A stretch of 64,000 nt of DNA from an uncultured archaeon (lineage in GTDB: Archaea > Asgardarchaeota > Lokiarchaeia > Sigyniarchaeales > SOKP01), in assembly GCA_964632315.1 (NCBI GenBank), contig CAZWEM010000005.1, positions 32,001-96,000 on the forward strand. Direction: 5' to 3'. The notes under the pieces are model-generated. The model saw only the letters and a program-made list of their open reading frames with translations, ran no database searches and had not been told where the DNA came from. The position numbers and the translations under genes were made by a program. Positions 1 to 9,040 of the stretch are shown here, piece after piece. The stretch's first letter is position 1, and every line of letters starts with the position of its first letter.

Positions 1-218
1 GGAATTTCTGGAACTTCTTCTATTGATTTATAGGCTTTGAAACCCATTACCGAATCCAATTTTAAATGGATTGGATAAACATTTCCTTTATAGCCAGATT
101 TAATCAAGTTCATGATCTGAATCGAGGCTAAAGAACCTCCCTTATTATTTGCTCCGTAAAAAGCAATAGAATTAGGATTTAAAAATCCATGAAGGAAGTG
201 GGGATCATTCATGAGCAT
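1..218 (-). CDS. 5' part of CoA-binding domain protein (ADP-forming acyl-CoA synthetase alpha-type), truncated by window edge
   Basis: Manual translation MLMNDPHFLHGFLNPNSIAFYGANNKGGSLASIQIMNLIKSGYKGNVYPIHLKLDSVMGFKAYKSIEEVPEI fits the AcdA N-terminal pattern (PxSIAxxGA...GYxGxVYPI...G.KAY.S). Confidence 0.8.
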   Translation of the reverse strand, partial: MLMNDPHFLHGFLNPNSIAFYGANNKGGSLASIQIMNLIKSGYKGNVYPIHLKLDSVMGFKAYKSIEEVPEI

Positions 219-572
219 TCACTTACACTTTAAAACATGTGATCATTTTAAAACCTAAATGCTAAATTCTGCATTATTGTCTATTCCTATATTAGAAAAA
301 TATCACGAATGATTTGGAGAATCAATAAGAAGTGGTAGAACTACTTTATTTTTTGAGCTAAGGGCTTGATTTTATGGTAAACTAAGGGAATGTTATGTAT
401 CAGTGGATCTTGCTTTTTATCAATTTAATGTTCAATATATGAATGAAAATCTAGCTAAAGAATAAAATTACAAACAATTTAATTGAAGACTTAATTTTAT
501 TTTTTAGGTGCACCTAAATTTAAATATATGTTTTCCTTAATTTATAATAAGCATATTTGAAATCCATATATC

Positions 573-1508
573 GTGAAATTTATGAGAGTCCTTGTTTATG
601 GTGCTGGAGTGATTGGTAGTATCTTTGCTTACAAACTAAAGAATGGAGGCATCGATACTTCAATCCTTGCTAGGGGTAAACGTTTAGAGGATTTAAAGAA
701 ATTTGGTCTTATTGTTCAAGATGATATCTTTAATAAAGTTTACATTACAAAGATAAATGTTGTAGATAAGTTGAATGAGGAAGACTATTATGATATAATT
801 TTAGTCATTATGCAACGACAACAAGTAACTCAAATCCTCCCCATACTTAAAAAGAATATAAGTCCTACTATAATCTTCGTGGGAAACAATCCCTCTGGAG
901 CTTCAGAATATTTGCAATTCGTCGAAAAAGAGAGAATATTACTTGGGTTTGGAGGGCCGGGAGGTTATAGAAAAAATACTAAAATAATTGCGGCTTACGT
1001 TGATAATGCTATTCTTTACGTTGGTGAAATAGATGGAAAAGTTAGTGAAAGATTAAAATTAATTGAGACAGAGTTTACGAGAATTGGTATTAAGGTTGAC
1101 TTAAGCCAAAATATAGATGCATGGCTTAAAACTCATTTGGCGCTCATTAGTCCGTTGGCAATGGGTAGTTTTTCGATTAGGCATCAAGAGTCAACACTTG
1201 GAAATGAAAAAGAAATTATGACCATCGCAATTAAGGCTTTTAAAGAGAACATAAAAGCTCTAAAGGAACTCAATATTTCAATTCTTCCTAAGAAGTATAA
1301 ATTAACATATTGGATTCCACTCTCATTTTTAAGGAATAAGCTACTTAAACTTATTAATTCTGATTTTGGGAAAATTGCATTATCTGGACATGCAAATCAT
1401 GCTGAACAGGAAATGAAACAGCTTACAATAGAGTTTTTTAAGTTAGTGGAAAACGTTAAATCTAAAAGGGACGCAAATCGAGAACTTTTTAAATTAAGCT
1501 TTGCATAA
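573..1508 (+). CDS. Ketopantoate reductase (PanE/ApbA) family protein
   Basis: N-terminal VYGAGVIG Rossmann motif, ARGxR, WLKTH region, about 310 aa. Confidence 0.75.
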   Translation: MKFMRVLVYGAGVIGSIFAYKLKNGGIDTSILARGKRLEDLKKFGLIVQDDIFNKVYITKINVVDKLNEEDYYDIILVIMQRQQVTQILPILKKNISPTIIFVGNNPSGASEYLQFVEKERILLGFGGPGGYRKNTKIIAAYVDNAILYVGEIDGKVSERLKLIETEFTRIGIKVDLSQNIDAWLKTHLALISPLAMGSFSIRHQESTLGNEKEIMTIAIKAFKENIKALKELNISILPKKYKLTYWIPLSFLRNKLLKLINSDFGKIALSGHANHAEQEMKQLTIEFFKLVENVKSKRDANRELFKLSFA

Positions 1509-1673
1509 ATAAAAGAAATTTAACGTGTAATTTTTTTAATCCATTTTTTTTGTTAAATTATAAATAATTCTTTATTCCAACTTTTTATTATGCTAAGTTT
1601 TAAAAAGATCAATAGAATTTTCCAAATTTCTCTTCTAATACTCTTCTTATGGAATCCTACTCTTTATTTATAC

Positions 1674-1814
1674 TCTCAGACGATAAAATTATCAAATGCG
1701 AAAATCAAGTATTTTTCGAAAAAATTTGGCGAATAGAATGAAGAAATATATTGTGAACTTTTAGGATATTCTAAAGAAACGTTAAAAGAATTGAAGTAAA
1801 AAAGGGTAATATAG
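1674..1814 (+). pseudogene. Remnant of class III CoA-transferase (CaiB/BaiF) C-terminus
   Basis: Frame reads SQTIKLSNAKIKYFSKKFGE*NEEIYCELLGYSKETLKELK*KRVI*, matching the family's terminal pattern PxLGEHNEEIxxELLGYSxEEIxxLxxxGVI; two internal stops. Confidence 0.6.
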
Positions 1815-1901
1815 AAAAGAACATTAGAAGTATCAAAAACTTATAATAAGTAAAACGATTAAAATACTTATAAATCAATCATAGAATATGGGAAGAAAGA
1901 A

Positions 1902-2189
1902 ATGGCAGAAGAAGAAAAAAGAGAAAATTTTATCGATAATTTAAATAAAACGTTTCTCGATTTTGTTGGAAATGCTTTTGGAGAATCTGGTCGAGACTTC
2001 ATGGAAGAAACTCAAGAAAAGTTAAAGGATTTTTCTTCAAGTTCTATTAAAAAGTTCATGGAATTCTCAGATTCCGTCTTAGAAAACTTGAACCTTACTG
2101 AAAACGAACAAGTCATGAAAGCTCGAGATTCCGTAGAAGATATGCTCAAGCAAGCAGGTCTATTAGAAGAAGATGAAGATGAATTTTAA
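1902..2189 (+). CDS. Small acidic helical hypothetical protein
   Basis: Clean 95-aa ORF, purine-rich leader, upstream TTATAAA box. Confidence 0.7.
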   Translation: MAEEEKRENFIDNLNKTFLDFVGNAFGESGRDFMEETQEKLKDFSSSSIKKFMEFSDSVLENLNLTENEQVMKARDSVEDMLKQAGLLEEDEDEF

Positions 2190-2256
2190 TCTGTAATTTT
2201 AATAGTATTTATTTTATCATTCTATTTTTATTTGAAACTTTAATTAAAATAGGCTT

Positions 2257-2502
2257 TCACAGGGCTTTAGCATTTTTTAGGAACGATTGAATCTCTTCTT
2301 GAGTCGCATTAAATAGTTCTGAAATGACTTGAATAGAGATTTCTTGATTCATTCCAGCAGCTTTATAATCTTTATAAAGTTTTACCCATGTCTCTTTTTG
2401 AGCATATTTTTCAGCGTGAGCTTTTTGAACATGTTGCCAATAAGGATGCTTCAATTCGACTCCACAATAGGGACAAAATCGACTTTCGGTTTCATCGGAC
2501 AT
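2257..2502 (-). CDS. Small C2H2-type zinc-finger protein
   Basis: CPYC-x9-H-x4-H followed by a helical region. Confidence 0.65.
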   Translation of the reverse strand: MSDETESRFCPYCGVELKHPYWQHVQKAHAEKYAQKETWVKLYKDYKAAGMNQEISIQVISELFNATQEEIQSFLKNAKAL

Positions 2503-2610
2503 AATTATAACAACTTAAGTTGTAAATGATAATAAAAATTTACAGAATAATAGTATTAAGAAATTTATACTTTAAAAATTTTTAATTTCGAAAAAAAATG
2601 AGTAATAATT

Positions 2611-4122
2611 ATGAATAAGAAAGAAGGTGTAAATCTATTAGCTTTTGATATTGGAGCAAGTTCTGGAAGAGGAATTTTAGGAAATTTAAAAAACGAACAA
2701 TTGGAAATAGAAATTATTCACAGATTCCCTAATGACGCTATAAAAATCGACGATTCAGATTATTGGAATATTTTTAACATATATAATGAATTAAAGAAAG
2801 GTATTAAAAAATGCGTCGATAAAAATATAGTTAATTTGAAGGGAATTGGAATAGATACATGGGGGGTTGATTTTGTTTTATTGGACAGTAATAATGAATT
2901 AATTGGTATCCCTCATACTTATAGGGACAAGCGTACAAAAAATAGTTTAAATAAAATGTTTTTAGAAATTTCTAAAGAAGAAATATTTAATCAAACAGGA
3001 ATTCAATTCATGGAATTAAATACTTTAAATCAACTCTATTCAATGCTCAAACAAGAATCACCTCAATTATTGAGAACAAGTAAGGTATTAATGATTCCAG
3101 ATTTTCTAAATTACCTGTTATGTGGAGAAATCTCAACCGAATACTCAATTGCAACAACAACTCAATTATTTAACCCCAATACAAAGGAATGGGCTTTTGA
3201 TCTAGTAGAAAAATTTGGTTTGAAGAGAAATTGGTTTGCTGAAATTATTCCTCCAGGTTCAATTTTGGGCAAGCTAAATGAAACTATAAATTCAGAGATA
3301 GGGTTAAACCCACCACCAAATATTATTGCACCTCTTTGTCATGATACGGGATCTGCGGTTGCAGCTACTCCTGTCGAGATGGAGAAGTATAAAAGCGGGG
3401 AATGGGCATATTTAAGTTCAGGAACTTGGTCATTGCTGGGTGTTGAGTTGAATGCTCCTATAATCAATAAGAAAAGTTTAAAGTATAATTTTACTAATGA
3501 AGGAGGAATCGCCGGAACAATTCGATTTTTAAAAAATATTATGGGTTTATGGATCATTCAGGAATGTAAAAAAATATGGGATATTGAAGATCATCAATTT
3601 ACATGGGAAATATTAATACAAGAAGCTAATACGTCTGAACCTTTTAATTGTTATTTCAATATTGATGATCCACAGTTCCTTAATCCAGATAATATGATAA
3701 AGGCGATAATTAATTATTGCAAATCTACTAACCAATCCATAGTTAATTCGCCAGGACAAATTACTCGAGCTATTTTCGAAAATTTGGCATTTCGTTACAA
3801 ATTTGTACTTGAAAAGTTAGAGGAACTAATCGAAAGTAAGATTAAAATCCTTCATATAATTGGTGGAGGAAGTAATAATAATCTACTCAATCAATTCACT
3901 GCAAATTCAACTGAGCTTCCAGTAAAAACCGGTCCTTCAGAAGCAACAGCAATTGGGAATATTTTGGTGCAAGCATTAGCTCTTGGAGATATTAATAATG
4001 TTTCAGAATTAAGGAAAATAGTAGTTAATTCATTCGAAATAGAGGATTTTACACCAAATGAGACAAAAAAGTGGAGAAATGCATATAACGAGTATTTAGA
4101 AATAATTGATCTACCACTTTGA
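2611..4122 (+). CDS. FGGY carbohydrate kinase, rhamnulokinase-like
   Basis: DIGASSGR, GIDTWGVD, HDTGSA, SSGTWSL, FTNEGG, EATAIGN motifs. Confidence 0.88.
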   Translation: MNKKEGVNLLAFDIGASSGRGILGNLKNEQLEIEIIHRFPNDAIKIDDSDYWNIFNIYNELKKGIKKCVDKNIVNLKGIGIDTWGVDFVLLDSNNELIGIPHTYRDKRTKNSLNKMFLEISKEEIFNQTGIQFMELNTLNQLYSMLKQESPQLLRTSKVLMIPDFLNYLLCGEISTEYSIATTTQLFNPNTKEWAFDLVEKFGLKRNWFAEIIPPGSILGKLNETINSEIGLNPPPNIIAPLCHDTGSAVAATPVEMEKYKSGEWAYLSSGTWSLLGVELNAPIINKKSLKYNFTNEGGIAGTIRFLKNIMGLWIIQECKKIWDIEDHQFTWEILIQEANTSEPFNCYFNIDDPQFLNPDNMIKAIINYCKSTNQSIVNSPGQITRAIFENLAFRYKFVLEKLEELIESKIKILHIIGGGSNNNLLNQFTANSTELPVKTGPSEATAIGNILVQALALGDINNVSELRKIVVNSFEIEDFTPNETKKWRNAYNEYLEIIDLPL

Positions 4123-4623
4123 CTTTAAATCCTTTCTAGTTAGCTTACTAACGTGATTGACAGCCCAAATTACATATTTATTACATTTATTTTGCCAAGT
4201 TCCACTTTTTCTATATTCTGAAAATCCCTCAGGTTTACTAAAATCATATCCACAAAGCTCAGCGCAAACTACCGACCCAAATTCTTCTTCGAAATCAGAA
4301 CAATATTTTGCTGCTTTTAAATACGCCATTGCCATTTCTGACTCGTTCATCTTTTCTTTTCCTCCCATTATTATCCCAATAGCAGCGCAAGCACCAGCAA
4401 CAGCTCCACAAGCTCCTTGCCATCCGTCTTTTGCTTTGTATCCTCCAAAACCTCCAGCTAATGGCATTGCTAAATTATGAAAGAGGTAAGAATCAATTCC
4501 CAAAACATCCAAAATGTTTGTAAAAGTTAACTCCGCACAATTTACTCCTTCGGTCATTTTGGGAAGTTCTGACTCCATTTTGCCGATTTTCTCGGTAAAA
4601 AGCTTTTTCCAATCTTTTTCCAT
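4111..4623 (-). CDS. C_GCAxxG_C_C family putative redox protein
   Basis: NCAE, GACGAVAGA, VCAEL, KC pattern. Confidence 0.85.
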   Translation of the reverse strand: MEKDWKKLFTEKIGKMESELPKMTEGVNCAELTFTNILDVLGIDSYLFHNLAMPLAGGFGGYKAKDGWQGACGAVAGACAAIGIIMGGKEKMNESEMAMAYLKAAKYCSDFEEEFGSVVCAELCGYDFSKPEGFSEYRKSGTWQNKCNKYVIWAVNHVSKLTRKDLKSKW

Positions 4624-4629
4624 TTCAAT

Positions 4630-5151
4630 TCACTCCTGAAATTGGTTAATCTTATACCCACTATTTAAAATAATCTTAGTTGTTAATCTTGCAACATTTC
4701 CTACAAGATCTGAACAGTGTTCCATCATTCCTGATTTAAAAGCAGCTTCTAATTCGTCAGCATTCCATAAATTATAAGTTCGACCCATTAATTTATCTTG
4801 AACGTCATAACAACGACAAGATCCATATTTTTTGACGTATTGATCATGAAGCTTCTTCACAAGTGCATAAGATTTCATTGGTTTATTCATATCTTCAAAA
4901 TTATCCTTGCCACGACCAAAAAGATACCCAATGACCATAGAACCACCGACTAAAGCACCACATGTACCATCACCTGTTAAGCCTAATCCATCTGCCAATC
5001 CACTTGCAGCCCTAAATACATCTTCATTCCATATTCCTAATGATTCAAATATGGCAGCTATGCTGGTTTGTGCACACCCCGTACACTTTTTCTCATATTT
5101 TTTTCCAAGTAAATATGCTTTTTCTAAAATTTCATCTTTTGAATTTTTCAT
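4630..5151 (-). CDS. C_GCAxxG_C_C family putative redox protein
   Basis: GCAQ, GTCGALVG, CRC, HC pattern. Confidence 0.85.
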   Translation of the reverse strand: MKNSKDEILEKAYLLGKKYEKKCTGCAQTSIAAIFESLGIWNEDVFRAASGLADGLGLTGDGTCGALVGGSMVIGYLFGRGKDNFEDMNKPMKSYALVKKLHDQYVKKYGSCRCYDVQDKLMGRTYNLWNADELEAAFKSGMMEHCSDLVGNVARLTTKIILNSGYKINQFQE

Positions 5152-5265
5152 AATAAGTATATATAAGGCGATTCAAAAAAAATTTTGATTTTTATTTTAG
5201 ATTGAAGATGATAATACTATCATAAAAAAAATCAAAAATGAAAAAAAAGTATTTATTTAGATGTT

Positions 5266-8200
5266 TTAAGATGGTCGTTTTGTCATGATTTTTCCTTTCT
5301 TTTTCAAGAAGAATAAAACTGCTACCGCAGCTCCAACACTAGCGGGTATGACAATAGCTAATATTATTACTAAAGGATCTAATGGAGGTATATGAGAAGC
5401 TACCGGAACTTTCGTTGTTAACATTGTAGTATCGTACTGACTTAGTGATATCATAAATTGTGATATTCCATTTCCAGTGTCGTAGAATTCAAAGATTAGG
5501 TAAAAATGATCGGTGAATGTACCAAATTCTACAGTCGTATTTGCTACTTGATCGTTAAGAAGTAGCTGAATCTCACCATTAGGATTTGAACTATCTTGCC
5601 ATTTAAGGTCCTGCATTACATACAAATCATAATCCGAAACATTTTCTGTAGCTACTACTAATTGATTCCACTGATATGCAGATCCTTCATTTACTTCGAC
5701 AACAAAGTATGCTTGGTTAGAGGTTACTGTTGGTGTAATTTCTGTACTATTCATTGTGGCTATTAATCCGTAATTATAGTGTGGTGCTGAGTAATTACCA
5801 TAGGTAGTAGAAGTATAATTATTTATTTGGTATTTAAATAGGTTTGGAATAGGTGTTGTAGAGATATTATAACTTACTTGATGTCTATAAGTCCAGAAGT
5901 TTTCTATCGCAAATCTAATATTAATTCCACCAGTATGATCCCAATCATCTGGGATTATTAATAATTTGTACGTCCCAGGTTCGATTGCTTGCATATAAGG
6001 AGAACTAGAAGAAAAGAGCCATTGTTCATATGAAAAAGAATCATGCGCAGCTTCTTGATTCAAATATGGTACGTTTACATCGGAAGGTTGTTGAGTTAAT
6101 AGCCAGTAATCAGCATAATCATAACCATTTTCACCTATTAAGGCAAAATTCACGCTACCCGAAGTAGTTACATTTGATAATTGAATAAGATCGATATAGG
6201 GAATAGTTTCTCCAGCACCATCATAATCATCATCTACGTCAAATCTAAGCCAATAATAATCACTTTCATTTATATTAGGCAGATCAAAATTGCAACCCCG
6301 CTCCCACCAAGTAAAATCTGCATCACCATATATATTGCAAACCCACATTCCATTGCTTGAAAATTCACCAGTGGTATCGCTTGTTCTTGACAAGGCATAC
6401 CAATTATTATCATGCCAAACATCAACATTATTGTCGACACCTCCAGCTACACCGTATTGAGAAAGGGTAAAATGCATATCATGCCACTTATTTGGAAATG
6501 CTATATAGAGAAAATCTGAGTTAGATGTAAATGCGGGGAATGATTGAGACTCTACTGTCGCAATCGATGAATAATCGTAGTATTGCGAACCTAGTGGTTC
6601 TGAAGCATTATAATACACCACCGCTGCTGGATCAACGAGAGTTGGTAGTGTAGCTAAATTATCAGAGGCTAAAACGGTCGTATTCAATATATACTGTCCA
6701 GGTTCAGTAATCTCAAAATCTATAGCAAGAGCGTGTTTTAGACTATCATAATAATCATCGGGGTTAAAACTCAATTTAACATCTTGGGAAGGATAACGAG
6801 TAGGATAAGTTAAATCATTAATTGGTATCGTGCCATTTGCATTTTCTACAAACTTTGAACTAAGTTGAAATAATCCATCTTTTGTTTCGTCTGTATTTTT
6901 AATTATGGCTTTATATGTTCCAGCAGGCATATAATAATAGTAGAACCATTCAGATCCTACTTGTTTTGCTTTTATATATTCGTTAATATCATAACTTGCT
7001 AATCCTTTTGAATTCACGTAGATAAAAGCATTTGTGTTACCTAGAGCGTCTAGATAAGGATGACCAGGCGGATCACTCAAAGTTGTGAAATTAAATCTTA
7101 CAAATGAATCCTCTGGGACTGAAAATCGTATTGCCTTACTTTGATCCCTTGAAATTCTAATTGTAGTCAATGAGTCTCCAATGTTATATTTTACAGTGCT
7201 ATATTTACTCACATATAAAGAATATCTATACCAATCAGCGTAATCGGCATCCGTAAAAGAGATATATGCATTACCGCTAGAAGGAAGGTAGATCTCATGT
7301 GTTCCCATTCCAATCGAAGAACTTCGAAAATATCCATTGTTGGTTTTAGTCCAAATATATATTAGTGGTTCATACCCTGTAGCATAATCCCTACTAAGTT
7401 CTAATCTGAATAAATCTCCTCTTTTCCCATTGATAGCAAACCATTTTGACTGCCAATTAGCATGTTCTGAGTCACCAGTGCTTAAGAGATCATCACTATT
7501 ACCTCCAAAAACTAATTTATTTGATGATAATGAAGAGACAGATACGCCTAAGAACTCTAAATTAAGATAAGCAGGATGACCTAAAGTATGAGCAGCATAG
7601 ACCAATAAACGGTATGTTCCCGTTTCATAAGCCACAAATGAATAATAGTCAAAAACATCTACTGCAGGAGATACTGCATGAGATGTTGCAGTATTGAAGT
7701 CTAAATCTATCATTTTTCCAGAAGGAGAAAATAGATATTTTACATCTGGATTAATGTTAGCGGGATTATCAGTTAACCAATCAGCTTTTAATACTTTGGG
7801 TCCAGTTTTTCCAACGACTATATCAATCTGCATTGGAATAGAATGATTTAACGGAACTTTTAAGTTATCTCCCTCATCCATGACATAGTAATCAAAAACC
7901 GTATTTAATTTAAAGGGTGATAATGTATCCGCTTCAGCATTAAATGCAGAGACATTTAACCAATTTATGCTAGTCCAAGGATCAATATAGTCATTATTCG
8001 TAATGCTACCAACACCCCAATTGTCAAAATACCAGGGATAAACGATGGAAATATCATCTCCTGGAGCATCTACGGTTTCTGATTCTAATGGAGTTCCCAT
8101 CCAATCAGTCAATAGGAATTCTCCTTGATTTGATCCATCTATTGAGATTGTAGCAAGCATATTTGGCGATGGTAAAATAACACCATAGCCTAACGGATTC

Positions 8201-8340
8201 TCTTTTTCAAGGTTAAACGTTGCTCCATTTCCTCGTTTATGTGTTGCATAAGCAGGACTTAGACTTATTATATTGAAGAAAATAAATGTAACTAATCCCA
8301 TTCCTACTATAAATTTTCTTTTATTATTTGATGATTTCAT
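5266..8340 (-). CDS. Large membrane-anchored cell-surface glycoprotein (beta-sandwich/PPC-like repeats)
   Basis: Signal-peptide-like N-terminus, many NxS/T sequons, D/Y/N/S-rich, C-terminal TM helix plus KKK tail. Confidence 0.75.
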   Translation of the reverse strand: MKSSNNKRKFIVGMGLVTFIFFNIISLSPAYATHKRGNGATFNLEKENPLGYGVILPSPNMLATISIDGSNQGEFLLTDWMGTPLESETVDAPGDDISIVYPWYFDNWGVGSITNNDYIDPWTSINWLNVSAFNAEADTLSPFKLNTVFDYYVMDEGDNLKVPLNHSIPMQIDIVVGKTGPKVLKADWLTDNPANINPDVKYLFSPSGKMIDLDFNTATSHAVSPAVDVFDYYSFVAYETGTYRLLVYAAHTLGHPAYLNLEFLGVSVSSLSSNKLVFGGNSDDLLSTGDSEHANWQSKWFAINGKRGDLFRLELSRDYATGYEPLIYIWTKTNNGYFRSSSIGMGTHEIYLPSSGNAYISFTDADYADWYRYSLYVSKYSTVKYNIGDSLTTIRISRDQSKAIRFSVPEDSFVRFNFTTLSDPPGHPYLDALGNTNAFIYVNSKGLASYDINEYIKAKQVGSEWFYYYYMPAGTYKAIIKNTDETKDGLFQLSSKFVENANGTIPINDLTYPTRYPSQDVKLSFNPDDYYDSLKHALAIDFEITEPGQYILNTTVLASDNLATLPTLVDPAAVVYYNASEPLGSQYYDYSSIATVESQSFPAFTSNSDFLYIAFPNKWHDMHFTLSQYGVAGGVDNNVDVWHDNNWYALSRTSDTTGEFSSNGMWVCNIYGDADFTWWERGCNFDLPNINESDYYWLRFDVDDDYDGAGETIPYIDLIQLSNVTTSGSVNFALIGENGYDYADYWLLTQQPSDVNVPYLNQEAAHDSFSYEQWLFSSSSPYMQAIEPGTYKLLIIPDDWDHTGGINIRFAIENFWTYRHQVSYNISTTPIPNLFKYQINNYTSTTYGNYSAPHYNYGLIATMNSTEITPTVTSNQAYFVVEVNEGSAYQWNQLVVATENVSDYDLYVMQDLKWQDSSNPNGEIQLLLNDQVANTTVEFGTFTDHFYLIFEFYDTGNGISQFMISLSQYDTTMLTTKVPVASHIPPLDPLVIILAIVIPASVGAAVAVLFFLKKKGKIMTKRPS

Positions 8341-8608
8341 GTTATTTCGCTTGAATTTATAATTTCTAAATGAAATTTGTTTTTTGTAACCTATTACATA
8401 CCAATATTATTATTTAAATTCGTGTTATTTTATGACAAGTTAAATTCCTATTTTTTAACAAATTTTAGAAACTGATACAATTAAATAACCATATCTTTAA
8501 CTTTCTAATTATCAAGATTTGGATCTGTCTAATATTAAATAATGGTAATTTTACTAATGTTATAACGATAGCTGGATCTATAAAATGTTTTAGGGTTAAG
8601 ATGTTTAA

Positions 8609-9040
8609 ATGAAAGAATTAGTTGAAGTTGGAATAGTTTTTCGAGGATTTATTTTAGTGAAACACCTATTTAAAAATGGGTTTGGTCATCAAGAGATCGA
8701 TCCTTGTAAGGATTTAAGAGGACCTTTTATCACAGCAATAAACTCATTTGCTCAGAATGCATTTAATAATTTATCTTTAGAATATTTAGAATCAAGTAAC
8801 AATCTATTCATATTTAAAGTTCATGAAATAAAAGCTCAAGATAGCGATTATCCTGAGCTTGTCATTTTGTACGGATTGACGGAACGAAAAAAAAAAGACC
8901 CCGAAAAAACAGTAAAAAAATTTCTTGAAAAATCAGAACCAATCATACAGCTTTTTATAACTAGGTATAATAATAAGGATTTAACGGAGTTAAGCCAATT
9001 TGAGCCATTTCAGGATGAAATAAAGGATTTTTTTGACTAA
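8609..9040 (+). CDS. Longin-like domain protein
   Basis: Strand-strand-helix start (GIVFRGFILV...DLRGPFITAINSFA), strands, terminal helices ending FEPFQDEIKDFFD, typical of Asgard longins. Confidence 0.65.
   Translation: MKELVEVGIVFRGFILVKHLFKNGFGHQEIDPCKDLRGPFITAINSFAQNAFNNLSLEYLESSNNLFIFKVHEIKAQDSDYPELVILYGLTERKKKDPEKTVKKFLEKSEPIIQLFITRYNNKDLTELSQFEPFQDEIKDFFD

Noticed and set aside
300-410. Possible eroded SDR C-terminus (FGES/EVVELLYFLS*G)
   Set aside because: Needs several frameshifts and stops; too weak to call by eye
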